From assembly GCA_043805855.1 (NCBI GenBank), contig JAZDHP010000009.1, forward strand, positions 1 to 51,390: a stretch of DNA of 51,390 nucleotides. Direction: 5' to 3'. This document shows, one piece after another, positions 10,362 to 20,445 of this stretch. The DNA comes from Candidatus Micrarchaeota archaeon (GTDB lineage: Archaea > Micrarchaeota > Micrarchaeia > Norongarragalinales > UBA8480). Within the stretch, counting starts at the first letter, position 1, and each line of letters starts with the position of its first letter. The position numbers were made by a program, and so were the translations under genes. A model generated the notes under the pieces. The model was not told the DNA's origin. It did no database searches and saw only the letters and a list, made by a program, of their open reading frames with translations.

Positions 10362-11348
10362 ATGAAACCATCAAATGAACAACTTGCAGCAGCAAAGGCC
10401 TATTTTGAAAAAGTAGGCATGAAACGCTATGGCTGGCTAACGCTGCCACTACAAATAAAATTACACGAAGCTGTTCAAGCGAAAACATTAACGGATAAAG
10501 ATGTAATTGAACTAGGCCGACATTTAGCTTCCAGCGACTATTCCAAAACTATATCACCAAGGCTTGAAACAGTGCGAAACGCTGGCTTAACCGACGGGCG
10601 GGAAATAATCGACGTTTTACTTGGGAAAAAAACAGTCGACGATAAAGAATTAACTGCACTGGTCAACGCGGTTAAGGATAAAGTTGCATTTTCAATCCAC
10701 GCCCATGGATTTCACGAATGGAACATAAAAGGCCAGTACCATACAGATTATCCCTACGAGCACGCCCAGAGAAATTTAAGACCGCAATACTTTAGCACTG
10801 AACACGATTCAAAGTTAATCACAATTCACCCTACAATGAGACGATATATTGCGGAGATGGCGGATTCCACAACGCTGTTACACCACGGAGTAATCCCGCG
10901 GGGTCGCTTTGAACACACTTATACCGATCATGAAAAAGCATCAAGGCAAGTTAAAGTTCCTCAAACTTGGTGGGATAAACTCCGAGGACAGCAAAGAACC
11001 GAAGAAGTAATAGAGTATAGACCAGTAACTAAAAAATCTACAGTCATTGTACCGGGCTTACACGAAGTTACCACGTTAACTGATAAACCCGCCAACATTC
11101 ACGTATTGATGTACGCGTTTCCACATGCAGGTAGCGACGACAGCACTAGACGCGCAAATGCCCCCCAGTGTTACATGTTAACAGATGGCCCGACTTATAA
11201 GAAAATAACCGCGTTTATTAAACGCCGTCCCGAAAAAACACACGCACTTTTCGAACGATTAGCCGGCGACTTCCCCCGCAAAGCCGACATCTTCCAACCT
11301 AAAAAAGCTCCACTTCGCGTGGAAGAAGTAAACTTCGGAATAAGATAA
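10362..11348 (+). CDS. Hypothetical protein
   Basis: 328-aa ORF filling the gap between ppsA and rpl10e; AT-rich promoter-like region upstream; no motif recognised. Confidence 0.65.
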   Translation: MKPSNEQLAAAKAYFEKVGMKRYGWLTLPLQIKLHEAVQAKTLTDKDVIELGRHLASSDYSKTISPRLETVRNAGLTDGREIIDVLLGKKTVDDKELTALVNAVKDKVAFSIHAHGFHEWNIKGQYHTDYPYEHAQRNLRPQYFSTEHDSKLITIHPTMRRYIAEMADSTTLLHHGVIPRGRFEHTYTDHEKASRQVKVPQTWWDKLRGQQRTEEVIEYRPVTKKSTVIVPGLHEVTTLTDKPANIHVLMYAFPHAGSDDSTRRANAPQCYMLTDGPTYKKITAFIKRRPEKTHALFERLAGDFPRKADIFQPKKAPLRVEEVNFGIR

Positions 11349-11481
11349 AAAATAAACAATAAAAAACTAAAAAATAAACTAAAAAAATTAAATAAAAAGT
11401 AGAAATAGAAAATTAAAAAGTAGAAACGAATAAAAAAAAGAAAAGTGAAAAAGAAGAAAACAAACCAGTAAAAGCACTAAA
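11345..11481 (-). terminator. Long oligo-T tract on the minus strand downstream of rpl10e, likely archaeal termination zone
   Basis: ~135 nt extremely A-rich on + strand between convergent genes. Confidence 0.45.
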
Positions 11482-12216
11482 CTACTTCTTGCCTGGTTTT
11501 GCGTCTTTAGCTGCTTCTTTTCCAGTTGGTGCCGCTGTTGCTCCAGCTGCTGGCGCTCCTGCAGTTCCAGCTGCGGGAGTTGCTCCAGGCACTGCGCCTG
11601 CGACGGGTACAGCTTCGACGACTTTAACTTCTTCGACTTTGACTTTTGCCAAACGAGCTGCTTTGCCTTTCTTGGTTAAGTTAACGCGTTCGTTTGTAAT
11701 GTCTTTAACAACAAGATCGTAATTGCCAGAGAGTTTCAAATTTGCGCGAGTAAGTGCAATTTTAACATCTTTAACAATGTTTTTGTTACAGAAAACAGTG
11801 AATACTGCTTCTCCCTTGTTCACTCTGCACATTCTGCCTTTTGGCCTGCCGAATGCACGTTTCATTCCCTTTGAAATACGGTCAGCACCTGCAACTCCAA
11901 GTGCACTGTGCTCTCGAATTACCAAGTGCGGGTACTTGTTAACTCTGAAAAAGTAGTTTTCAATCATTAGTGTCTTTTCAAGGTATTTATTAGCAGCTTG
12001 GCGTGCAGCTTCAAGTGCATTATCGCGAACGTGAATCGGCGAACGGCAAGATAGTTCAACTTTACACTCGTAATACTTGTCTGAACCCATTTCGTATTGT
12101 CTCACTTTTGGCCGCGGGGCTCCCTTTACAAAACATTTTCTCGGTCGCTTGCTTGAAATGCGCGACCACTGTTGGCCTTGTGCAACTCTAATAGTCCTAG
12201 CTGGTCTTAAACCCAT
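11482..12216 (-). CDS. rpl10e: 50S ribosomal protein uL16 (L10e) with Ala/Pro/Gly-rich C-terminal tail
   Basis: MGLRPAR, NALEAARQAAN, YPHLVIRE, GADRISKGMKRAFGRP. Confidence 0.96.
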   Translation of the reverse strand: MGLRPARTIRVAQGQQWSRISSKRPRKCFVKGAPRPKVRQYEMGSDKYYECKVELSCRSPIHVRDNALEAARQAANKYLEKTLMIENYFFRVNKYPHLVIREHSALGVAGADRISKGMKRAFGRPKGRMCRVNKGEAVFTVFCNKNIVKDVKIALTRANLKLSGNYDLVVKDITNERVNLTKKGKAARLAKVKVEEVKVVEAVPVAGAVPGATPAAGTAGAPAAGATAAPTGKEAAKDAKPGKK

Positions 12217-12304
12217 AAATAATCACGATCATGTAACGAAATTAGTAACTACATTTGTACCCAAATAGCTATAAAAACCCCAGTGCCGAGCTAAAATCAG
12301 CAAG

Positions 12305-12496
12305 TTATTTTAAATATTTTACATATATTTTGAAGAACTTTTCGTGCGTTTCCTTTAGCCGCTCGAACAAAAATTGTTCAATTGTCTGAAAGCGGCCGTT
12401 ATCTGCGTCTTCAAGCGCATTGAAATACGAAACCCTTTAAATCTTTCTAATTATTAGCGGCGGGTAACCAGCGTTGATAATTATGACGTTGACTAG
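12305..12496 (-). pseudogene. Fic-domain protein C-terminal remnant with internal stop
   Basis: Manual translation LVNVIIINAGYPPLIIRKI*RVSYFNALEDADNG...YVKYLK* resembles the segment after the Fic HPFxDGNGR motif; in-frame TAA at 12437-12439; 5' part absent. Confidence 0.7.
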
Positions 12497-12502
12497 AAAA
12501 AT

Positions 12503-12549
12503 AGTTAACCCCACTATATGACATAAAGCTTACTTTTGTGGGGTTAACT
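12503..12549. repeat. Perfect 12-bp inverted repeat at the Fic truncation point
   Basis: AGTTAACCCCAC (12503-12514) / GTGGGGTTAACT (12538-12549), 23-nt spacer. Confidence 0.85.
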
Positions 12550-12564
12550 TAGTTTTTAGTGTTT

Positions 12565-12774
12565 TTATAGCCAGTTTGAATCCCTTTGTTGTCCAACTTG
12601 ACCGCGTAACAAAAACGTGGCGCCTAAGATTACTAGTATAATTGGCCACACTTTATTCCACTCCATCGCGGGAATAATATTATAGTTAGAGAGTAGAAAC
12701 AGTAAACCAAAAACTATCAGCGTAACCCCTAGAAATAGATTAAACAGAGAACTCCGCGCTAAAAAGCCAAACAT
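12565..12774 (-). CDS. Small two-helix membrane protein (LiaF/DUF5668-like)
   Basis: GVTLIVFGLLFLLSN...WPIILVILG pattern. Confidence 0.7.
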   Translation of the reverse strand: MFGFLARSSLFNLFLGVTLIVFGLLFLLSNYNIIPAMEWNKVWPIILVILGATFLLRGQVGQQRDSNWL

Positions 12775-12816
12775 TTCAAAAACACCTGTAAAAGAAAAGA
12801 AAAACTTGTATTTAAG

Positions 12817-13203
12817 TCATTGCCAGTAAACGTCTTTTGGGTTTTCATTCCATTTGAAAATGTGCAACACAAACGGCGCCTTTCCAGCGTTTTTCAAACT
12901 GTGAAAATCACCAGGTTGAATTAAAAACACATCACCAGCAGTCGCCATGTGCGATTTCTTGTTAATCTTAACTATTCCACTTCCGCTTGCAATAAGGAAA
13001 ATTTCCCTCACGCGTTTATGACAATGCGGTTCAATGCTTGCGCCTCTTGGAAAAGACACTATTTGGTACTTTGCGCCTTTAACGCCAATTTCTCCCTCGT
13101 TAAAAATAATTGCCTTATCATAAGCATAAGCAATTTTGCCGTTTCTTTCAAATAAACGTGGTTTAAGTTTTTTCAGAACCTTTCCAACGTTGGTTTTTTT
13201 CAT
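12817..13203 (-). CDS. Cupin-domain protein
   Basis: PHCHKRVREIF...G and IQPGDFHSLKN metal-binding motifs. Confidence 0.85.
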   Translation of the reverse strand: MKKTNVGKVLKKLKPRLFERNGKIAYAYDKAIIFNEGEIGVKGAKYQIVSFPRGASIEPHCHKRVREIFLIASGSGIVKINKKSHMATAGDVFLIQPGDFHSLKNAGKAPFVLHIFKWNENPKDVYWQ

Positions 13204-13634
13204 TCTCCAATCACAGTAATTGTAACTACTCTTGGCCTAGCGCAGTCAAGTTCAACTAGGAAAACGCTTTGCCACTGGCCTAATTTTAATTTTCCATTCA
13301 CAATTGGAAGTGTTTGTGAACAGCCTATTAAACTAGCTAAAACGTGGCTATGGCCATTTTCAGGCTCGCAAGCAGGAGAAGCCCTGTGCGCAAAGTTATG
13401 CTTATAGGCAACCGTCCGCGGCGCCAGTTTTTCAAGCGCGGTTTTAAAGTCCGTGAAAAAACCTTCTTCAGACTCGTTAACAACTATACTAGCCGTAGTG
13501 TGCTGACTAGTAATGACTGCAACTCCATTTTTCATCCTACTTTTAGCAACTGCAGATTTTACACGCGCAGTTATATCAATTAGTTCAAAAGTGCAACTAC
13601 TTCTAAGTTCAATTTCTGAAATGAAAACTACCAT
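13200..13634 (-). CDS. YjbQ/UPF0047 family protein
   Basis: HTTASIVVNE, NGHSH, LGQWQSVFLVELD. Confidence 0.9.
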   Translation of the reverse strand: MVVFISEIELRSSCTFELIDITARVKSAVAKSRMKNGVAVITSQHTTASIVVNESEEGFFTDFKTALEKLAPRTVAYKHNFAHRASPACEPENGHSHVLASLIGCSQTLPIVNGKLKLGQWQSVFLVELDCARPRVVTITVIGE

Positions 13635-13722
13635 AAAAAATATACAAAAGCTAGGTATTTTAAGTTAATGCAACTACCGCGAAAAAGCTTAATGACCAAC
13701 CGCCAGTTTGATTCAGCACTTA

Positions 13723-16700
13723 TTACTGCACTTCTTCGTTTAACTTAACTTCTACAATTGCCGAGCCGTTTTGCGTCATTGCCACTCCAGCTAAACAATC
13801 GGCTTCTTTGTAAACGTTTTGGTTGTGAGAGACAACGAGAAACTGCGAGTCAACTGAAAGCTTTTTCACGAGCATTGCCAGTTTACGGCTGTTTTCTTGG
13901 TCAAGCGCAGCGTCGGCTTCGTCGAGAATGTAAACGCTAGACGGGTTGTAAGTTTGAATTGCAAAGAGGAACATCAGAGCAACGAGGGATTTTTCTCCAC
14001 CACTCATTAACTCTAAATATTTCACTTCCTTGTTTTCCAACTGTACTTTTATTGTTAAACCACCAAGGAATGGATTTTCCGTGTTTTCTAAAAACAATTC
14101 ACCGTTGCCTTTGAAAACTTGCTTGAACAAAGCTTTGAAGTTGCCATTTATAATATTAAACGCAGCCATGAAAGTCGTTATTTTACGACCTTCAATTTCG
14201 TCAATTAATTTCAACACTGCATCTTTCTCAGTTCGCAGCAGTTCAACGCGGCTACGCTGCCCCTGCAATTCCGAGAATTTTGCAGAGTAAAGCTCAATTG
14301 CCTTTAAGTTAACGCCGCCAAGTGAGTCGATGTCGCTTTGCAATTGACGCGAATGCGCAAGTAACTCTGGCTTTGAAGCTTCAGAGAGAGTTTCCTTTTG
14401 TGGAATTGCAATTGCTTCAAAAGGCGCGTATTCAACTTTCAAATTAGTTAACTGACTTTCCAGCACTGCACGGCGTACGTTGCGCGAGTTTACCTCGCGG
14501 TCGAGTTTGTCGCGTTCAAATTCAAGTTTACCTTTTTCAGTACCAATTTTTTGAAGTTGGTTTTCAATTGCATCACGCTTGTCGTACAATTCCTTCAACG
14601 CAGAGGAAAGCGTGCGTTGTTCAAGTTGCTTTTCTTTTAGCAAAATATTTGATTTCTTGACGAGTTCACTGTGTTCTTTAATCGCACTAGCTGCAGCGCT
14701 TAATTCATTGTTTAAATCGTCAAGTTGCTTTTGCAACATATTAGCTTGTTTTTCATATGCTGAGCTCTGTGATTTAAGTGAAGCAAATTGATTAGTTACA
14801 TCTGAAAGTGCTATTTTTAAATCTGAAATTTTGCGTTCCCGCTCGCGAATAGAAAAGCCAAAGTTCTTGTCCTTCTCAAGGTCAATTTTTTGCTTTGCTT
14901 CGAGTGATTTGACGTTTAAGTCTGAAAGTTGCCTTATGAGTGCAGAGCGATCTTCGTCTGCCTTTTCAACTGAATTATCACACTGTTTGATTTCATTTTC
15001 AAGTTGGCTAATTGCAGCTGATAAATTGGACTTCTTTTGTGTCAAAGCTTCTTCGCGCGCAGTTACTGACGCGAGTTCAATTTCAACTGCCTTTAATTCT
15101 AATTCACACTTTGCTTTTTCCTTGCGTTTGACAGTCATTTCATCGCGCATAGCATAGAGACCAGAAAGCGCAGCGTCTTTAGCAATCTGTAGTGCTTTTT
15201 CTTGGTCTTTCAATTCATCAAGTAATTTGCGATCCCGCGCTGTGTTTAGTTTTTGAACTGCACTTCCGCCAAGCATAACTCCAGAAGCTTCTGCAAGTTG
15301 ACCATCAAGAGTAGCGATTCGCGCTTTTCCAATAAGAGATTCAGCATCTTTAAGTGTTGAAAATAAAAGTGTTGAACCAAAAATGTATTGAAATGCTTTT
15401 GCATAGGCGTGGTCAAATTCAACAAAATCTATAAGGAACCCAAGGCAACTTTTTGTCTTTGACATTTTTTCATCTTCGCTGTTACGCGAGGAAGTTCGGA
15501 TTTTGTCAAGCGGAATAAACGCCGCGCGGCCATTGCGACTTTTCTTCAACTCTTCTATAACTTTGGCAGCTGTACGGCTAGAGTCGACAACAACATAGTT
15601 CGCCCTTTGACCTAAACTCACTTGTATTGCAAGCGCTTGTTCATCTTTATAGCTGCATAATTCTTCAACGCTACCGTAAACGCCTTTGTTTTCAAGAGTT
15701 TTTATAAAAACAACAGCGCGGTTCTGGTCAGTTTCACGAAGTGTTCTCAAGCGCGAGTCAAACCCTGCAACTTTAGTTCTCATCGCAAGCAGAGTTTCTT
15801 CAACTTCACTTAACTCATTGTTCAACCTCTTTTCCTTTGAATATAAATCGTTAAGTTCTCGTTCAACAATGTCCGAACACTTCGCGGCGTTTTGCAGTTT
15901 TTCTTTGAGTGATTTTTTGTTTGACTGCAGCTGTTCAAACCCACTGCCGCCATGAAGACGTTCAAGTTCAGCGAGTTTTAACTTTTTAATTTCGCTAAAT
16001 TTGCCGGTCTCAGCTTGGATGTTTGACAAACGTTCCTTGCAGGATAAAACTTCGTTGTTTGCCCTTTCTAGGAACTCACGCGCCTTGTGAAAATCAGAAG
16101 TAAAAGCGTCTGACTCTTTGAGTAGTTTGTCAAGTTCAGTTTGGTCTCGTTTTAAAATGTGTGAAGTGTCGCCAACGTCTTTTTGCAATTCCTTCATTCG
16201 AATTGAATAGCCGCGCACTTCGTCGTCAGCTTTGACTTTTTCAACTTTCAACGCGTTTACCTTGCTATCTTCCATTTTGACAAAACTGTTCTTCTCTTCA
16301 ATAATGGTGCGCGAGCGTTCCACTACGGCAGTCAACTCATCGATTTCTTTTTGCAGTATTAATTGTTTTCCTTGTGAGCGTTTCAAAATCTCTTCGTGTA
16401 ATTTCTGTCGCTCGTTGTTCGCCGTTGTTAACTGAGCGGTAAAAGCGTCTATCTTTTTCCTTATTTCACTTAGTTTGTCGTTGAACTCGCTCATTACTTC
16501 AACTATAGATTCAAATTCACTAGTACCTATAGAAATGTCAATGTAAAGCAGCGAAGCTTTGGCAACGTCGAATTCTTTCTTTAGCTCTAAATATTTTTCA
16601 GCATCGCGCTTTTCCTGCTCGAGTTCAGCAAGATAACCTTCACGTTCAGCTAGAATAGTTGCTGCGCTTTTTAGTTTTTCGTCAACCTGTGCTAGTTCAG

Positions 16701-17190
16701 AAAGCGCTTCTTTTTTCTTTGCCTCGTATTCTGAAACATTGGCAACTTCGTCAATCAGAGTACGGCGATCTTTGGAGTTAATTTCAATAATGTGCTGCAC
16801 TTCGCCTTGCTTGATAACATTGTGAGTGAACAATCTTTGTTTTGAAAGGAATTCCTCGAGAACGTATTTCTTTACTCGCTTTCCATTTAGGAGGTATTTA
16901 GTTTCGCCGTCGCGGCGCACTAGTCTCTTTACTTCACTTTTGTTGCCGCTTTCATCTGAAAGAAATACAGTTACCTCTGCAATGTTAGCGTTGCCAAAAA
17001 TCAAATCAGCAGATTTCTTCACGCGCATACTCTTTAAACTGCTCTCGCCAAACGCAAAGGACAGCGCGTCGCTTAGATTTGACTTTCCCGAACCATTTGG
17101 GCCTACAATTGCATTGAAACCTTTTTCAAACTTCACTTCATTTTGCTTGAATGACTTGAAATTCTTCAATAGAACGCTCTGTACAAACAT
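13723..17190 (-). CDS. smc: Chromosome segregation protein SMC
   Basis: NFKSF, GPNGSGKSN Walker A, hinge region, MSGGEKSL, ILDEADAALD, long coiled coils. Confidence 0.96.
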   Translation of the reverse strand: MFVQSVLLKNFKSFKQNEVKFEKGFNAIVGPNGSGKSNLSDALSFAFGESSLKSMRVKKSADLIFGNANIAEVTVFLSDESGNKSEVKRLVRRDGETKYLLNGKRVKKYVLEEFLSKQRLFTHNVIKQGEVQHIIEINSKDRRTLIDEVANVSEYEAKKKEALSELAQVDEKLKSAATILAEREGYLAELEQEKRDAEKYLELKKEFDVAKASLLYIDISIGTSEFESIVEVMSEFNDKLSEIRKKIDAFTAQLTTANNERQKLHEEILKRSQGKQLILQKEIDELTAVVERSRTIIEEKNSFVKMEDSKVNALKVEKVKADDEVRGYSIRMKELQKDVGDTSHILKRDQTELDKLLKESDAFTSDFHKAREFLERANNEVLSCKERLSNIQAETGKFSEIKKLKLAELERLHGGSGFEQLQSNKKSLKEKLQNAAKCSDIVERELNDLYSKEKRLNNELSEVEETLLAMRTKVAGFDSRLRTLRETDQNRAVVFIKTLENKGVYGSVEELCSYKDEQALAIQVSLGQRANYVVVDSSRTAAKVIEELKKSRNGRAAFIPLDKIRTSSRNSEDEKMSKTKSCLGFLIDFVEFDHAYAKAFQYIFGSTLLFSTLKDAESLIGKARIATLDGQLAEASGVMLGGSAVQKLNTARDRKLLDELKDQEKALQIAKDAALSGLYAMRDEMTVKRKEKAKCELELKAVEIELASVTAREEALTQKKSNLSAAISQLENEIKQCDNSVEKADEDRSALIRQLSDLNVKSLEAKQKIDLEKDKNFGFSIRERERKISDLKIALSDVTNQFASLKSQSSAYEKQANMLQKQLDDLNNELSAAASAIKEHSELVKKSNILLKEKQLEQRTLSSALKELYDKRDAIENQLQKIGTEKGKLEFERDKLDREVNSRNVRRAVLESQLTNLKVEYAPFEAIAIPQKETLSEASKPELLAHSRQLQSDIDSLGGVNLKAIELYSAKFSELQGQRSRVELLRTEKDAVLKLIDEIEGRKITTFMAAFNIINGNFKALFKQVFKGNGELFLENTENPFLGGLTIKVQLENKEVKYLELMSGGEKSLVALMFLFAIQTYNPSSVYILDEADAALDQENSRKLAMLVKKLSVDSQFLVVSHNQNVYKEADCLAGVAMTQNGSAIVEVKLNEEVQ

Positions 17191-17294
17191 GTAATAGTAT
17201 CATTGTAATTACGAGTGCAAGATATTTAAACATCTCGAAGAAAAGCAGATGATTTTTATAGCTAGAACTACCAAGTATATTTCAGGTTAATCTA

Positions 17295-20200
17295 GTGTCA
17301 AAGCATATTTTAGTTGGAATAATATCCGCTATACTACTCCTCGTAACTCAAGTAAATGCTATTTCTCTTTATTCGTCGGAAGCTGTGTATTCAACACCAG
17401 TAACCGCCTATGTTGGCACTAATTCAGCATATTATGTTTCTTACACTGGAAATGAAAATGGCACCGTTTATCAGTTAACTCCAAGTAAACACGGCGCGTC
17501 GTGCAACCTCGTATTTGCTAATGTAACCTTTCCAATTACTTACAACGAGACCGCTGGAGTTTATGAAAAATATTTAGTATATTCAGAGATCGGCAACTAT
17601 TCTTTTTCATTTGAATGCAGTGCAACTGAATATAAACCAGCGATTTCTTTCAATGTCCAAGAAGTAGCGCAAGGTAAAACGGCAATTTTGCTTAGTGAAG
17701 TTAATCCAAGTAGCTCTAATTTTTCTTTAAGCGCGCGTTACTATTCAACTGGAAGCGGAGACGCACTAACTCAGGATAACAACGCAACTTGCACTGCTTA
17801 TATTTATAATGAAACTGAACTCGTACGTGCTGCTCAACTAATATATGACAAAGATAAAAAAGTGATGACCGCAGATGTTGAACTTGGTCAACGCGGTGCA
17901 TTCACTTGGAATATAAGTTGTTCAGCTAGCCCAAATTTTGAACCAGCAACAAGCGAAGGCGGTTCATTCACAGTTCCATATGCCACTGTTATGAATTACA
18001 CGCCACTTCCAACTTCTGCACTTATATATGAAGCTTATTCCATGCAATACCTACATTATTCCAATCCACACCAGTTTATAGTTGAAATTAATTACAGCGC
18101 AGTTTTTGACAACGGCACTACGTATTTAATCACTCAGCCTAGCCACAACGGAATATGTTACCTAACGTTTGACGGCTACACTCTTGCCACTGATTACAAC
18201 GCAGAGAAACAAAACTACAATACAGCCATTTACAGCATTCCAGCAGGCAACTATACCCCCACTATTGAATGCAGCGCTGATAACTACGAAACGCGTAGCG
18301 AAACTGGTTCAAATATTGAAATAACCCCCGCTAACACTACAATGTTACTGCAAAGCAACACCACGGGTAAAACAGTTACATTAACTGCAGGGTATTACTG
18401 GACAGAAACTAGCGAAAAAGGCGGAAGCATATCAGCTATTTACGAAGAGGTAGCGGCGTGCAATGCTTCGCTGTACAACTCGAATAATTACCTAATATTG
18501 GAAACTCCGCTTGACCTTGACGGCTACGGTTACTCTTATGTAAAAACAGTTACGCTTGGAAGCGCGGGAAGCTATTATTGGAACGCTAGTTGTGGCGGTT
18601 TAGCGAATTACAAGCCAGCAAGTTCAACTAGCGATGCACTATATATAGAAAACAGCGAATGCGACGAAGTAAACGTAATAAGCAGCACGAATGTTACCAG
18701 TGGCAAAACTTGTTCAAGCGAGTCTTCAACGCCACTGTATTCAATTACTACGAATAACGTTGAACTCAATTGCAACGACAATACTTTCAATGCAATTGGA
18801 AACAACTTGCAAAGAGCAGCAATCGGAGTAGTAAACGCATCTAACGTAACTATTTCAAACTGCAAGTTTAACAACTACGCAGCTGGAATTACAATTTACA
18901 ACGCTACTAATGTTACTTTGAAAAATATAGTTACCACTACAGGTTACAATTCACTACAAATAGTAAATTCAAGTAACGTTAGCATCTTGGACAGTGAATT
19001 TTCACAGGGGGTAAATGACGACGCGCCGATGAACGCGCGCTCAGCTATATATTTCATTGGAAATTCTCCAAACGCTGTATTTTCAAACATAACTATTCGT
19101 GGTTACTTCGTTGGGTTAAACGCGGAAAATGTAACTAACGGTTCGCTGGCCGACTTTAACTTGACTGACGTATACGCCGGAATTGTATTACAAGGAAATA
19201 ACAATACATTACAAAGGATATCGCTTTCAAATGCAACTATATCACTGTATTTAATTGGGGAAAACAACTTAGTGGAAAACTTTACAACGCGCAACTCGCC
19301 AGCTATAGAAGATTTTTACCCAACTATTTTATTAATCACCAACAAAACCACAGTTACTAATTTAGTTGTTCACAATTCAAGCAGTGACGCGATTTGGCTA
19401 TTTGGCAGTGACAATACCTTATCGATAAATTTAACTAGCATTAATGGAACCGCGCTTTCGCTGTTCGGCGACTCAGATTTAGTTGGATTTCCAGCTAAAC
19501 CAACTGCGAATAACTTGATTTACCTAAAAGGCTTTACTGGCAACACGCTTGACATAAAAATGAACGACAGCACCGGAGAACTTTACAACAACACTTTTAT
19601 CGGCAACTTTTCAAGCATATTTGCAAATGTTACAAATGCTACTCAACAGACAATTGCGACTTTTAGTGGTTTAACATTCACAGCAAATGGAGCGCTTGTA
19701 ACTTATTCTAATTTAACCTTGTTGAACTCAACTGGCGAAGTTAACATTACAAACGGCATTAGTAAATTTACCCTAACAAGCACAACGGTTTCGCTTAACT
19801 CTACTGCAACTCCATTCTTGTCACAATTTGCAACAATTACATTAACCGGCGCAAGCTATGCTAATAACTCAATGTACAACATATTGAAAGATAGTTCAAC
19901 ATGTTCAAACTGCATTAAACTATCTTCAAACCCGGTAGCGTTTCAAGTGTTTGGCTTCTCTAGTTATACTACAAGTGCAGTTGAAACACCGGTTACAGTT
20001 ACTCCACCGCCAGTTAGTCCAACTGTCCCAAGCGCAGGTGCTGCTGCTTCAGGCATACAAATAACAGCAGCAGTTAACCCGCTAACCAACACAAGCAACG
20101 CTACTTCCAACAATACAAATTCTAAAAAGTCGCTCAATATAACAAAAAACAACAGTAGTTTAAATTCAACTAATAATAACCAAACTCAAAACACAAACAG

Positions 20201-20360
20201 CACTTCTCCGCTAACCGGCTTACTCGCGGCTATACCAATAGACTTAAACAACCCAATAACTGTAGCCGTAATTGCACTTATAGCAATAGCAACAATTGGC
20301 TTAATTATTTCCAGTTACATAACTAAGTTTTATTCCAAGCCAGCACACAAAAAGAAATAA
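17295..20360 (+). CDS. Large membrane-anchored surface glycoprotein with Ig-like repeats and a parallel beta-helix region
   Basis: Signal peptide; Cys-paired beta-sandwich-like repeats; NVTISNC/NVTLKN/NVSILDS repeats; many NxS/T sites; P/T/N-rich linker; C-terminal TM helix plus basic tail. Confidence 0.8.
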   Translation: MSKHILVGIISAILLLVTQVNAISLYSSEAVYSTPVTAYVGTNSAYYVSYTGNENGTVYQLTPSKHGASCNLVFANVTFPITYNETAGVYEKYLVYSEIGNYSFSFECSATEYKPAISFNVQEVAQGKTAILLSEVNPSSSNFSLSARYYSTGSGDALTQDNNATCTAYIYNETELVRAAQLIYDKDKKVMTADVELGQRGAFTWNISCSASPNFEPATSEGGSFTVPYATVMNYTPLPTSALIYEAYSMQYLHYSNPHQFIVEINYSAVFDNGTTYLITQPSHNGICYLTFDGYTLATDYNAEKQNYNTAIYSIPAGNYTPTIECSADNYETRSETGSNIEITPANTTMLLQSNTTGKTVTLTAGYYWTETSEKGGSISAIYEEVAACNASLYNSNNYLILETPLDLDGYGYSYVKTVTLGSAGSYYWNASCGGLANYKPASSTSDALYIENSECDEVNVISSTNVTSGKTCSSESSTPLYSITTNNVELNCNDNTFNAIGNNLQRAAIGVVNASNVTISNCKFNNYAAGITIYNATNVTLKNIVTTTGYNSLQIVNSSNVSILDSEFSQGVNDDAPMNARSAIYFIGNSPNAVFSNITIRGYFVGLNAENVTNGSLADFNLTDVYAGIVLQGNNNTLQRISLSNATISLYLIGENNLVENFTTRNSPAIEDFYPTILLITNKTTVTNLVVHNSSSDAIWLFGSDNTLSINLTSINGTALSLFGDSDLVGFPAKPTANNLIYLKGFTGNTLDIKMNDSTGELYNNTFIGNFSSIFANVTNATQQTIATFSGLTFTANGALVTYSNLTLLNSTGEVNITNGISKFTLTSTTVSLNSTATPFLSQFATITLTGASYANNSMYNILKDSSTCSNCIKLSSNPVAFQVFGFSSYTTSAVETPVTVTPPPVSPTVPSAGAAASGIQITAAVNPLTNTSNATSNNTNSKKSLNITKNNSSLNSTNNNQTQNTNSTSPLTGLLAAIPIDLNNPITVAVIALIAIATIGLIISSYITKFYSKPAHKKK

Positions 20361-20445
20361 CTTTGTTAAATATAGCAACATGCTAAATGTTGCAACTAGC
20401 ACTCCTGCTAAATATTCAGATTACTTTTCAGGAGTGCTATAAAAC

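Noticed and set aside
12233-12249. GTAACGAAATTAGTAAC upstream of rpl10e resembles the Lrp operator
   Set aside because: Several mismatches in AT-rich sequence and a single copy; cannot be separated from chance
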